Below, one piece after another: positions 26,394 through 39,365 of a DNA stretch of 64,000 nucleotides (its first letter is position 1; each line of letters opens with the position of its first letter). The DNA is taken from the NCBI RefSeq assembly GCF_001194135.2, contig NC_069005.1, forward strand, positions 3,700,374-3,764,373. Direction: 5' to 3'. The notes under the pieces are model-generated. The model was given only the letters and a program-made list of their open reading frames with translations. It was not told the origin of the DNA and did not search any database. Origin of the DNA: Octopus bimaculoides. Its lineage: Eukaryota. Both the position numbers and the translations under genes were made by a program.

Positions 26394-28357
26394 ATTCATG
26401 TCTGTGTATGTGTTGATTTATTTATTTTCCAAGTATACTGTGTGTTCTGGTTTCATTATGAAATAAGGAAATTTACCTCCGTATTTTCGGGTGTTAGTTG
26501 GTATGTTACCGACAGAGGCAGAATTAATACTGTCAGGTAACATTTATCCCCACGTAATATCGTCGATGTTTTGTGTTAACAAACTATACTGTTGAAGTTA
26601 CCTTGAGAGAAACTGTCATATTTAATTTTGGTACAAAACGCACTCTTGGTTTTATCCCCAGCACAAACGCACCATTAACAATGTCTACATTCTCCCTTGC
26701 TCTGCGAAGTGCTATATCTATATTTCCATAGATTCGCCGTCCTCACCTTCAGAAACCCTCTACTAACGCCTTCCACAGGTGTTAAGAAAACCAGGATATT
26801 TCATAACTTGCTGGCATGTACACAAACGAATATGCCACAAGGACAATAACGCTCAAATTCGTGAAACCATATGTGGCAGGTACTCTCCGATCTGGACTTC
26901 TTTCTTAACCCAAACTGGAGTCCAACATTCCTTCTTGGGCTATAAACCTCCTCATTCCTTCTCATTACTTATTTCTATTTCTTTTTTTTTTTTTTTTTAC
27001 TATCACAATTGCTCTCGCTCACTCCCCTGCAATTTTCGCTCTTTATTTCTTTTCATGTAGGACTAAAACACGAAACATTAAGGCCCATATTCACTATTGC
27101 AGAAGCACAGTTTCTACTAAATCTGTCGAACCTTTCTTATTCCTGTCTTATTCTGTTTACTGTTTATTTTCTTTAATAAAATGTGCACGATCAAATACAC
27201 AATTACATTCACAAACATACAATTACACACACGCATTCACGAAAATGCATACACATGTAAATACAAGAACGCGTGCATACATACACATAAATATATACAG
27301 AGAAAGAGAGAGAGAGAAAGAAAGAGATAAAAGTAGATAGGTGATAGAAGTAGATAGTTAGTGAGGGAGAGAGAGAGAGACATTATAAGACATAAGTACA
27401 GTATAGCACTTTTCATATATCATTTTTACGATCGTAAAATTTACAATGCTAGAGAAATAAGATACCTCTGTAAATACACACAGAAAAAGCGAATACATGC
27501 AGGAGTATATATATCTGTGTGTGTGTGTGTGTGTGTGAAGTCACATAGACTAAACATAATCATATACACACACACATAAATATTGTGCTTTTTTTTTTCT
27601 TTAACTGCCACGATAATATCTATTTCATCTTTCCGTGTCCGTAACTTTAGGTACCTGGAAACTATTAAACACAGCTTGGCAATATGATGTAACATTTTTC
27701 TACTGCCAACCTTGCTATTATGAATATAACTATGGCTTCAATCTCTCTGGATATAGACACGGCGCTTAGTTTCAGATCTAATAGATGGATCGTATGATTT
27801 ATTGTATTACTTCTTTGACTTTTCTGTTTTGCGAATTTAATGAGAGTGGATTATCGATGCCCATAGAAGCGCCATTTTATGGCCAATTGCTTTTCTCCTT
27901 TTCCCTCTATCTTTTTTTTTTTTTTGCAAATGATTATAAAAAACTGAGTCATCTAATTACGAAATATATTTTATATAACGTGTGAGATGCATTCAGGCAG
28001 CGAAACATATTTACTATTCTATTGTTAAAAATATCTTTACAAATTTTCACACCCATAAACCAAACCGCCACGGTAGATACAAACACGATTATGCAGAAGT
28101 ATCCGCTGCAACACACAAACGCCCCAGTGCCATATATCGCTTCCATAATATCCGCTCCGCGAGAGCTAATGTAGTTTCGTATTTTTTTCTAACGTGCCTC
28201 ATAAATATGAGGTTGTTCCCCATTACTGGCAGTTCAAAAACGCGTTTAAAATCGTTAACGTCAAACTGCTTTAAAAAAAACCTTATATGTCTGTGTGTAT
28301 GTGTAGGTCTGTGTGTACAGAAAATATAACAGATAGCATGTGTTTTATACAAACAAC

Positions 28358-28388
<31 letters not shown>

Positions 28389-28443
28389 AGAATAGATATA
28401 TGTATATATATTTATATACACACACAAATACGCATACATCTAT

Positions 28444-28486
<43 letters not shown>

Positions 28487-28496
28487 NNNNNNNNNN

Positions 28497-28547
<51 letters not shown>

Positions 28548-28933
28548 GAAACATGCATACACAAATATGAGTATGTACATATTTTATTTTAATTTTTTTA
28601 CTATTCACCCAATAACCATACATTGCAGATCGAGCCAGACAGTAACAGCAGAATTAAGCTTCTTTCATTGGAATTTATGTAACATTACATGGGTACTTCG
28701 TATTTTATGGGTTTATCGATGTGTATATATATATATATATTTCAAAGTCAATGAGGATTATTTAATACAGTTTTTGAAGTGATTTTACTAAAAAGATTAT
28801 CCTTTTTAAAAATGCAATGAAAATGAGGATATTACTAAGCTTTTGTGCGAATAATTATTTTGTAGTGTGTGAGTGCTTTCGTTAAACATTTTCAATCATA
28901 CGCGCTCTTTAGTTATATATATATATATATATA

Positions 28934-28962
28934 TTAGCAGAAACACACGGCGTTGTCCGGGT
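28934..28962 (-). mobile_element. Helitron-type 3' terminus
   Basis: Minus strand ACCCGGACAACGCCGTGTGTTTCTGCTAA|TATA: a degenerate GC hairpin (CCCGG-N6-CCG) a few bases before a CTRR end, adjoining (TA)n. Confidence 0.55.
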
Positions 28963-29210
28963 TAAAGAGAGTAATGAAATTTTCAAATGCTGTCTAGATC
29001 ACACAGGTCTCAACTGGTAATAGCTGAGTTACCAGCTTTCTTCATTAATAACTCTCCAACCCATGCCAGTATGGAACATAGACATCAAGTGAAATGTTAA
29101 AAGAAAGTTTTCAACTCATGTATGTATATAAAGTAAATACACGTAATTCAAAAACACGTTTTGTGTAGCTTATTTTGCAACCAAGAATCAGGTGCGGATT
29201 ATGTAAATGG

Positions 29211-29499
29211 TTTCCAGGATTTAGCACTGAAAACTCAAAGCAAAAGTGTTTGAAGGTCCTGATATCAGAAAACTCATTAAGGATGATTAATTTGTTAATT
29301 CAGTGAATGACTTGGAATTACGCGCTTGGACGTCGTTTGTTGACGAGTTGAAATCTTCTTAGGCAAACACCGGGCCGAAAACTACAAGTGGTTAGTGGAA
29401 AAGCTGTTGAAAAGTCTACAGGATACATGCGCTAATATGAGTATTAAGGTTCATGTTTTACATAGCCATCTAGATAAATTTCCGGATAATTGCGGTGAT
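29211..29499 (+). mobile_element. Chapaev-3-like (CMC) DNA transposase C-terminal fragment
   Basis: FPGFSTE/LKAKVFEGPDIRKLIKDD*FVNSVNDLELRAWTSFV/FLGKHRAENYKWLVEKLLKSLQDTCANMSIKVHVLHSHLDKFPDNCGD. The MS.K.HFLHSHLD.FP.N.G motif is clear; the family name is from recall and needs a database check. Confidence 0.7.
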
Positions 29500-29504
29500 A
29501 CTTT

Positions 29505-30025
29505 AGACTACTTTAGTGATTCATTTGACAGAGGTAGCGGATGATAAATCGGACACTGGATCCAGAAAGTTTGCATGAATCCTAACTCAGTTAAATCTCT
29601 TGTGGCTTCAAATGATGTCCTCTGTTGTGCAGCGTTGTATTGTCTAATTTTGTTTTGGAAGTGCTGTGAATATTGCTCAGTTGATGACAATGGTTTCTTT
29701 AATGGCTCTGGAGGCTGGGGATTGCAGGAAGTTTAACATTTCCAGCATAGTAGCACAGTGCAGGTGTCTTTCCAGGCCACTTCCTTGCTTTACAATGTAT
29801 GCCCTCTGTTGTCATTGCACCTGATGGAAACTCTAGTGTCATCTCCGTAATGAACTGCTGGATCGCAATTGAAAGCAATTTCATAGAATTTGCTTATCTG
29901 AGAGTTGTTGCAATTGCTCTTCGTTCTGAAGTGCAGATCCTATTCATTGTCAGCTGTTCATACCTCCGTCATCACTTTGAGATGCTCTGGCTTGTGTAGT
30001 GCACAGTCTGTTTGTTTCTTGGCAT
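29505..30025 (-). mobile_element. Helitron RepHel N-terminal fragment (frameshifted)
   Basis: Minus strand MPRNKQ.., AFNCDPAVHYGDDTRVSI, GAMTTEGIHCKARKWPGKTPALCYYAGNVKLP, PPEPLK..SQHFQNKIRQYNAA..TSFEATR..GFMQTFWIQCPIYH. This matches the Helitron C..C.A.KW..E....CC..G.VKLP and HF..IR.YN..F.MTSFGA...F.P.F.I.GQIYH region. Confidence 0.85.
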
Positions 30026-30741
30026 GCTTCCCTTTCTGCAGCTGTCTCTCTTTCCCTGGACAGAGACATTCTCTTGGTTGACCTTGACATTGTAGATAAA
30101 TTTGATACTTGCCTTCTTCATATGGTAGCCATCTTTTGGTTTATACCTACCCATGCACGCCCCCAAATTTTGTCAACCACAAGATATTTTTGGGAGCACT
30201 TGCTGAAGTTTCCTCGTAGCGAGACTGAACTACAACGAGGGAGAAAGAGAGAGAGACATGGCATTGATATATCCATGCGTCTGTGCGTATACTTCAGACA
30301 TTGATATCCGTTGTTATATCAGACGTGTTATGTTATAGTTTCCATTACGTCAAGATAATCCAACACATTCATCATGATGACATACAGACATATGAAGTGG
30401 TGTATTTGTTAATCTGTGTTTGTCATATTATCCAATCATTTTTCGCTCTCGTTATTCCTCCCTCTTATATCTCTGTAAATATCCATCCCTCTGTATACAC
30501 ACCAATATGAGTATATGCTTGTGTGTGCGAATACGTGTGGTGTGCGTCTATGTGAGTTTGTGCGCGTGTGTTTGATAATATATTACTGCATATATCTATG
30601 AAGCTTTCTATCGCCGTATCGATTAATCCATAGTTATAGATTTATCGGTATATTGATTTCCCTGACTATTACAAATGACACTGAGGCTAATTATATTTGC
30701 CCTCATCTTCAATCGTGCTGAGGAGTGTGTGTATACACACG

Positions 30742-30792
<51 letters not shown>

Positions 30793-31314
30793 TAAAAACA
30801 CACAGCAATATATGTTTGGGTGCGTGTGTGTCATATCGCAGACATACACGGAGACATCGATACAGTAGTAGCTTAGAGGCACCTACGCAAGTCACATACT
30901 GAATCATAGTATTTGCAATAAACCCAATCTCCGGACGAGAAGAGTTGCTGGAGGTTAGGCCTAAAGATATTGATGATAGCTTCTAACCTTCTACAGCAGA
31001 TGTAAAGAGTCTCTTAAGATGTGTGACGCTGTTTGAATACGATACTAAAAAAAGGATATGGAAAAGCATAAACGGAAGAAACAGGAATTACGCAAAGTTC
31101 ATCAGCAAATGCTTTTACATATAACGTGTTCACGGTAGCTTTCGATCTTCCTGAAACCAGCATTAAATGGAAGGTTGAGAGTCAATTACGGGAATATGCT
31201 ATTAAATTAATTAGATGAATAAATATTTCATAGCTATAAGGATGATATCTATTCATCCAGAACGTATTTGTTTTAAGGTTCAATATAAGGAAAAGAAAAA
31301 AAAAGACTTAAAGT

Positions 31315-31607
31315 TAATTTATCGACTCCGAAAGGACGAAAGATAAAGTGGACCTCGGCGGAATTTGAACTCAGAACGTAAAGACAGACGAAATACCTCT
31401 AAGAATTTCGCCCGGCGTTCTAACGTTTCTGCCATCTCACCGCTTTAAAGTATTCTTTTCTAATCTAGGCACAAGGCCCGAAATTTTTGGGGAGGGGTCC
31501 AGTCGATTAGACCGAACTCAGTACGCAACTAGTATTTAATTTATCGACCTCGAAAGGACGAATGGCAAAGTCGACTTCGGCTAATGTTTCTGCCTGCTCG
31601 CCGCCTT
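31315..31607 (-). mobile_element. Two tandem SINE family A copies (31315-31447 5' part; 31452-31607 internally deleted)
   Basis: Reverse complements of the family A head and body occur twice in the same orientation. Confidence 0.85.
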
Positions 31608-32368
31608 AGGATATAGATAATATTAAATAATATTTGAAAATATACTCAAGGCTCATTCGAAAGAGAAATATCTCTTTCATACCCGACATCCAAACACATT
31701 GTATTTCTTCTTATTCCTCTGACAAATGCTTTCATAATTTTTGAGATGCTTTGCTAACCAAACCCTGAACGCTCAACTGATACTCAAACATTTCCTCATG
31801 TAGGTATAGGTGGATTTTTTGCTCAAAGAATACTGGAAAGATACGATGAGATGTTCTGCAAGTCTGACTGAAACATAAAATGCCGCATAGAAAGATTTAC
31901 CTCAGACTTATATCGATTGGAAGTGACGGTGCGAGCAGGCTTTGTTGGTTTTTAGGAGGCCAATGGCTTACATACAGATAGCGTATGTTAGACATTTACA
32001 GATAGCTTCAAAGGGATATCGAAAATTCCTTCCCTGTGGTTAGTTTGACTTGGGAAATATCTTGAATTGGTGGACAGAAACAAAAGTAAAAAATGCAATA
32101 TGCGAGCTATAGTATGAATAATTTGAGGGGTTATCATTCTCATACTGGAAGTTTACTCAGTAACCGATTTTATTCAAAATGTCTTCCAGTCAGATTCACA
32201 CGCTTATTGCAGCAGCTTTTCAGATTTTCTAAACCCTGTAAAAGAACTCGGAATGTTGGGCCTCCAAACAGGCCTTTCATGATAACCTTTAAGCGGAGAA
32301 CTTTTCAGCAGTTCCTGGTCTCTCTTTTTCTCTCTTTTTCTCTCTCTCTCTCTCTCTCNNNNNNNNNN

Positions 32369-32434
<66 letters not shown>

Positions 32435-32631
32435 ATACGTACATATATGCAGCAAAAGATAGTACATGTTTCAGGAGTGGAGTATCTGTGATCAGTTATA
32501 TGGTGGTAAGGCGTTGGCCAGAATTAAACGACAAACGTAATAGACGAAAAGGATAATTCAACCACTGTAGGTTTGTCCTGCTAACCCCTATTCTCTGTTT
32601 TCGACCGTCTGCTCTCTTCTTTGTTTATCAG

Positions 32632-32645
32632 TCAAACTGTAATCC
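32632..32645 (+). other. Candidate 14-nt microexon
   Basis: TGCTAAC branch-like site, ~45-nt AG-free pyrimidine tract, CAG|TCAAACTGTAATCC|GTGAGT. Confidence 0.3.
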
Positions 32646-34389
32646 GTGAGTGTTGACGTGTAATAGTCGTGTCATATTGACCTCAAAATCACAGAAACCA
32701 ATAGCAAGGAATAAAGTGTATTAATCACCTTAGAAAAATACGGTCGGAAGTATTATAAAGATATTCGAAGCTATATCGATTATTGGATGGAGAAAATATC
32801 AAGGATCCAGGGTTGTCTTACAACGTAGCTGAAACATTAAATCTACATTATCTAATATATGTATATATTTTATGTTATTATTTTCATATGTCATTACTTT
32901 GTTTTGTCTTGCTTTTCATTTCTTCTCTGAAAAACATCATAAGAAACTTCCTATATACATAGGAGATATACAACACGCTAAGAAACAAAATCAGAGGTTT
33001 GACAGAGACACATGCAAAATAATTTACACATTAGAAATTTTTTCAGTCATCACTAATTACCAAAAAGCCATTTCTTACATTCCTTTGAAAGAGGAGATAG
33101 TTTAAGTGTAACAAGAATCTACACTCTATCACATTTATTATACGTTTAACTGTCCTCGTTTAAATATAAATCGGTTAGTGTTTAACAAAACCGCATAATT
33201 ACAATGTCATAATCATCCAAGTTGTCCGCCCGCATCGGCCCTCGATGTTCTTCAGGGATAAGTCTGATCGAGGTAATATACAAACTGTCCGTGAGAATGA
33301 TCGTTCTGGATTATGGCACTTTCATCATATCTCCAAACTATAATCTTGTTATTTTTTGATTTTTAAAAATTATTTTCTTTTTGAATGAGATATTGTTTGC
33401 TTTACATTTTATGAAAACCCTGAAATTTAGCTCAGGCAACTGGCATGTATTTGTTTATATGCAGAAAAAACAAATTTCTTCCATAGTTTTATTTTTGAAA
33501 AGAGCAGGACTTTGGTGTATTTTATTTTTATTTTGTAAGTTTTCCGAATTTCCTTTTAGCTTTTTGCAGTTATATCTCTAATAATCGGTTCTACACTTTC
33601 TGAGGCATGAGGATATCATATGCTTTTGGAATCCGTATTGTCTTTGCTTTATACTAGTCAAAATCTGACGTTGAATTTCTTTCCTTTCCCGACAAATCAA
33701 ATGTACTTCTGATGGAGTAACGTAACTAAGTAGATTTTAAAATATATATATTTTTGTTACGGACAAGGATTTTATTACTCGCTATGGTATAATACGAAAT
33801 GATAGTCTCCAGCTGACTTTTCCTCAGAAAATGGGAGCGCTCAGGTTTCAATGTCCAACCCAACAATATAAGATGATGAAAATTTTGTAGAAAATACATT
33901 TAGGCCACGTGGATTTCTCCTTTATTTTCTTAATATTGGATACAACTGAAAGGTTAGTATTCGTGATTTGCTTAGATTAATAAGGATTTTAAGTAGACAT
34001 ATGACGTTTGCTGGCCACTCACAAATACAACCATTCCACTGGATAATTCCTAGGAACGAAAAGGCATAGTGTTTTTAATTGTTTAATTGGCATATGTTGT
34101 AGGAATGTGCTTTCAGCATTTGTTATAGAGATCACTTATTTTTGAGCAAATAATGCTTTCACTGACCACAAGCCCGAGACAGTTTATATTTTGAAATGTG
34201 TTTTTAGAAGGTAGGAGTTTTTAAACACGTGATCGTTGGAAAGAAAAGTGAAAACGGATTAGCTTAAACGGTGACAAGTATTTTTACTTCAGCATAAAAA
34301 TTAAATTGTGCCTCGAAAATAAGTTAAGATATTTTGTACGTCAGCGAAACATAACACCAGTATATTGGGCGTTTACCAACAAAGAACAG

Positions 34390-34600
34390 ATTTCACACAC
34401 AAACGCACATACACACACAGATACACACAGACACACACACACACACACACAACACAACACACACACGGACACACACACACACGCACACACACACACACAA
34501 ACAGAGAGAGAGAAAGAGACGGAGAGAGACATAGAGATAGACACAGAGAGAGAGAGACAGAGAGAGATACACACACAGACACATAGAGAGACACACATGT
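34390..34600 (+). repeat. Compound (CA)n/(GA)n microsatellite
   Basis: Directly visible. Representative of dozens of (TA)n, (CA)n, (GA)n and (AAT)n tracts in the window (e.g. 1352-1420, 11780-11845, 19401-19446, 50662-50780). Confidence 0.95.
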
Positions 34601-36939
34601 TTTGGGATGAATTACACAAATATATANNNNNNNNNNNNNNNNNNNNNNNNNNNNNNNNNNNNNNNNNNNNNNNNNNNNNNNNNNNNNNNNNNNNNNNNNN
34701 NNNNNNNNNNNNNNNNNNNNNNNNNNNNNNNNNNNNNNNNNNNNNNNNNNNNNNNNNNNNNNNNNNNNNNNNNNNNNNNNNNNNNNNNNNNNNNNNNNNN
34801 NNNNNNNNNNNNNNNNNNNNNNNNNNNNNNNNAACATGTTTCGGTTCTTGTAAAAACGAACCTTATCAAAAATACATATTTAAAAAAATGAAATTAAATG
34901 AAGAGTTCATAATTGTTCCTTACCGGTGTCAATAGTCCACGTGGGGGCATTTTTTGTTGGTTGTAGTAGTAGTAGTGACCCTGTTGGTAATGGTAAATGG
35001 CAGTGACCTCTGTCTGTGTCAGTAGCAGTAGTTAATTGGTTGTAGTGGTAGGGGTGGAAGCAGAACAAGCATATATTTGTGTGTGTGTGAGTGTGTACCC
35101 GTATGTATGGGGGGTTGTACGTCTATAGATGTATATGCGTCTGTTTATGTCATTGTCGTTACCCAGCATTTGACAACAGGTGCTGGTCTGTCTACTTCTC
35201 CTTCGTAGGATAACTACCAGGTTCCAAGGTTGTGCATCAGCATAATCGCAGTCCAATGACTGACGCATTGTATTTCTCTCACACACACACACACACACAC
35301 ACCCATATGGGGGGTGGTATGTAAGTATTTCATTACATTCATTATGCGTACGAATAATTTATCTTAGCCTAATTTAATTAATGTCTCTAAACCGTCAAAT
35401 CTTCCTATTATGCGATTCACTTCACCTGCTATTTAATTCCGAGATATCGAATTTCAACCACTCCATACAAAACTATCTCTCACATTGGTATTACATATCT
35501 CCTAAGGAATTAATTCCCTAACTAAAATTACATTAAATCTCATTTATTCTTGTTTATCATTTTTTTCCCACTTATCTTTTTTATTAAACAACAAATTACA
35601 TCAAAATTTTCTGTAAACTTTCGCAGATGCGAGAATCAATGAGAACGTGTATATCTAAGTGTTTGTGGATCCGTGAACCTTTCGATACAACATGGTGAAC
35701 ACAGCCGGGTTCTCGTGCGCGTGGTGTGATTGATACACTAGCATTTACCTGTCCAAAGTACTCTAAAACCACTGATGGTTTGTGCTTCAATAACATGCTA
35801 ATTAAAACATAACTGTGTCCCTGACAGGTGCTATCACTTCTGCTCCGATTTGATCTGGAACATTAGTAGATGTGTCTCTACACTCCTCAAAGCCTTAGAT
35901 CTTGCAACAACGGTTCTACTATCGGCGTAAGATTGAAGACACATCCAGGACTTACCAAGCTTGGATTCACTATCACAAGAAACGCAATACAAATAAATCC
36001 GCGATATAATATAACGCGTGAAAATGCTTCTGATTCAGGTAGATAAACAGGAACTCTACATAGCAGTTAAATCGTAGGACCATTTACGATTTAACTTTAG
36101 AATGAACAAATCTTCAGAAAAGTAGGTCTTTGAACCTTGAGGCTTCGAGAGAAGAGTGAGACGAAAAATTTCTTTAGAGCTGGAAGCTTGTGTACTAAAT
36201 AGAAGAATAATTTCAAAAAGGAACGAAGTCAAGGCAGAATTGATCAGATACGTATGAAAAGAAGGTAGTGCAAATACATCGGAAGGGAGAGATGAATATG
36301 AAGACACGGGGAATGAAAGGTGGTGTGAATTAAAAATAAAATGCTCGTTAACACATTGAATAAGTTTAAATTGTGAGACAATATGTAAATTTCGTAAGAA
36401 AAGATAAAAACAATGAGGAGGAACAGCAATATCTAAATTACTCGACTTTGTTACGGCATAACTTTACTGTGAAGGAAAGAAATGAGAGAAAGAAAAGAAA
36501 TAAAGACACAAGAGCAGGTTAAAAAGGAAATAGAAACAAATCAAAGACTTTGACCAGCCGCCAAATTGGCCTAGCGCATACACTTAGGCTGTAGTTTATG
36601 ACAGACTTAAATAGTAATTGAATGTATGTTCTGTTGGGAGAGAACAGAACGTGAGAGAACTAGTATTTTAAGGAGTGGTGAACCATGCCAAAACGACCTT
36701 ATTTATATTAGTAAGAGCTAAAAGAATAACACACGGATATGGAGATTTGTTTACAACAATTCCACAGAGAAATGCTGGAGTACGTTTAGACGTTTGCGCG
36801 TGCGCACACACACACACATACATACACACACATATTGGGATACCGAAGAGACTATTCGATGTTTCTATATATCGCTGGTCACAATGCGCTTTGCATTGTT
36901 TCTGCATACAAATGACGCCAAACGACTGGTTATTTGGCT

Positions 36940-37032
36940 CCAGAACAGGACGCGCCACTGTTTCCGGGAATCGAACCCATGATCTAACGATCGTGAAGGC
37001 ATTATTCTAACCACTGGGCCACGCGCCTTCAC
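36940..37032 (-). mobile_element. SINE family C tRNA-like head
   Basis: Reverse complement GTGAAGGCGCGTGGCCCAGTGGTTAGAAT..GGGTTCGATTCCCGG. No CCA end or closed cloverleaf. Confidence 0.8.
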
Positions 37033-38399
37033 ACATGCAGCAGGGTTATTTATTAAGCTGGATATGCATGTGGGACTATGTTAGTTTAAAGGATTGGATA
37101 TGATGTGAATTAATCTGTGAAGTGTGTGTTTCTAGAAGTCAACAGGAACGTGTTGCTTATATTTGACACTAGGCGATCTACACAAAACGGATGGTTTTGA
37201 TTTTACACAAAACTGCATAAACCCCCTCCTCTCCCTGTCTCTCTCTCTTTTACATTTTAAAGTGATGGTATAGCTAAAGATACAGCAGGAAGTTGTAGGA
37301 AACAGAATGGAGTGACGAAGACGTTTTATAGCATAAAGCTACAGTTGTTTAATAACTATTTTACAAGAAGATCATTCGTGAAATATTATATGATATATGA
37401 ATAATTCGTATCTTAACAAGGCGCGAATCAATTAGAGAAGGAGGAGAAATTAAAGTGAAAGAAATTAATTTATTTAGATTTGAAAAGAACAAAACGTTGC
37501 GATGGAACATCACTTCGTTATTTGTGGACTCGCTACAGCATTTTTATTAAGACGATATGAGGTTAGTGTCAGACGAGATGACACAAGCTGAACCGCAAGT
37601 AAGTCAGCAAGTTCGTAAGATTAATTTCTGTGTTGATTACAATGAGAAAGAATGACAGATGTGAGATCATTTCGATATGCCAAGGGTTTCAGAGTTGGAG
37701 GAGGAGAGAAATCAATCTAATTAGAGACGCGCTTCTGAATCCGGTAAATATGAGTTTTTCCAAGTTAAAACAACAAACGGTTTACTAACCTGAACCCTAT
37801 TCTGCATAATATGTGCATCACATTGACGATTAATATATCACAGAACCAAAAAAAATAAACAAGTACAACATAAACCACAATATAAATTGACCGATTAAGA
37901 AATGGAGTGATGAAGATAACAACGGAATGAAATGAAAATAAGGAAATATATAGATAAATAAACTGATAAAATATATCATAGAACATTTTACTGTCGGCAT
38001 TTGCTTCATATCACTTAATTGCTAGTATCTACCCTAATGTCATTAGGTTGTCTGAACAGAACGGTCCACTCCACTCCACAGCGGGCAATATGAAATGATT
38101 GTAAGCGGTCTGATAGCACTTCATATGTTATATAATACAATTTCAGCATTGATTTTCTGCTAAACTAATCACGAAACCATTGTATTTTGTATATGCAATA
38201 AAGTGTTGCAAACTCGTCTGTCTCTGTATCTGTCTGCATATATATATATATATATAGATAGAGAGAGGGAGAGAGAGAGAGAGAGAATCAAATCCGTTTG
38301 AATCAAAATCCTTCGTACTCTGAGTTTCAGGCGTGTGGCTAGTCTTCATCTGTTAAGGACTGAATAAGAGTTCGATTCAAGAGGGTCTGTTTACCTGCC

Positions 38400-39110
38400 A
38401 TTAGTCGAGAAATGCCACGCGGTATACCAGTTTGATGTCAGTATTTCTGTTACAACAATTGCTTAGAAAATACTGCATGGTAAACTGTAAATCGACCGCT
38501 TAGTGTACAGGTTATCGACCGTTTGGTGGACGGGAAATCGGTCGTGTGGTTCGGGGAGGAGAAAGTAGTAAAGGGCAGTAGATGTGGGGGTATATATACA
38601 CACCCACGCACACACATATATACACACACGGACGCGTGCACATCTTTGTCTGCAGGTAGATATGCACGAGCACACGCACATGTGTACGCACGGGTACATA
38701 TGTATATGGGATACGCATGCGCGAACATGTACGCCTACGCATGCGCATGCATATGGTGATCAGATGCATATGCGCACTCACTACATGCATATGCACACTC
38801 AGCACATGCAAGCGATCGCATATATACTTCCGTGGTCATGCACAACGGACGATGTACAAGGGACGAGAGTATGCGGGTGGGCAGGCATGGAGAATTGTTG
38901 AGGATTGGTGATTTGTGGTACTGTTCATGGGGGTTAATTTGGTGCAGTCAGTGTTAGGGTTGGCTGATACTAAGGAGGTTTATCTGGGATGTCGGCGGGC
39001 AGTGGCTTCAAATGCACTGGAAGGGTGTACCTCTGGTGACAGCAATGTAATACCTCATATTCGTAATTGACGGATACTGCGGGCTGGTAGATGATATGCA
39101 GATTCTCGCG
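38400..39110 (-). mobile_element. Degraded Penelope-like linker / Zn-knuckle / GIY-YIG N-terminal fragment, interrupted by an RY tract
   Basis: Minus-strand peptides in the expected order: IIYQP (39081-39095), PCTS.RCA (38839-38862), PHI..TTFSSP..F..ITCT (~38510-38590), IYSLPCSIF (38467-38493), ETDIKL..R. They resemble the PLE pattern TYHP..PC..RC..CP.I..TTF.S..F.I..TC.S..IY.I.C..C..YIGET. Heavily decayed. Confidence 0.5.
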
Positions 39111-39365
39111 GAGTTTTTCGAACAGGGCCCTGTAAGTGCATCTTTTAGGCAGAAAATGTGAGGACCCGGTGTGTGTGTGGGTGGGTCTAAGAGAATGAGT
39201 GAGAGACAGCGAAAAGAAGGAATGTTGCCTATAAGTAGCCGTTTTTAATGAAATTTATTTTCTTCCAATTCTAAGTGTTTCTCACAGACTTAAAACATAG
39301 AAGCAGATCTCGAAATTTTAATCCCCGTCATGAATCTAATCGTAAATAGTCGTGCCCGGAAAATT

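Noticed and set aside
26779-26879. Exon candidate after TACTAAC..CCACAG
   Set aside because: The branch motif is very close to the AG, the donor (GTACTC) is weak, and the peptide is unrecognised.
36940-37032. Possible tRNA gene (also 4934-4987, 7490-7574, 25985-26050)
   Set aside because: A/B boxes are present, but there is no closed acceptor stem and the sequence continues into SINE bodies.
39050-39130. Plus-strand exon-like YLIFVIDGYCGLVDDMQILAEFFEQGP|GTAAGT
   Set aside because: Weak acceptor, and it is antisense to the PLE-like remnant, which explains the open frame.
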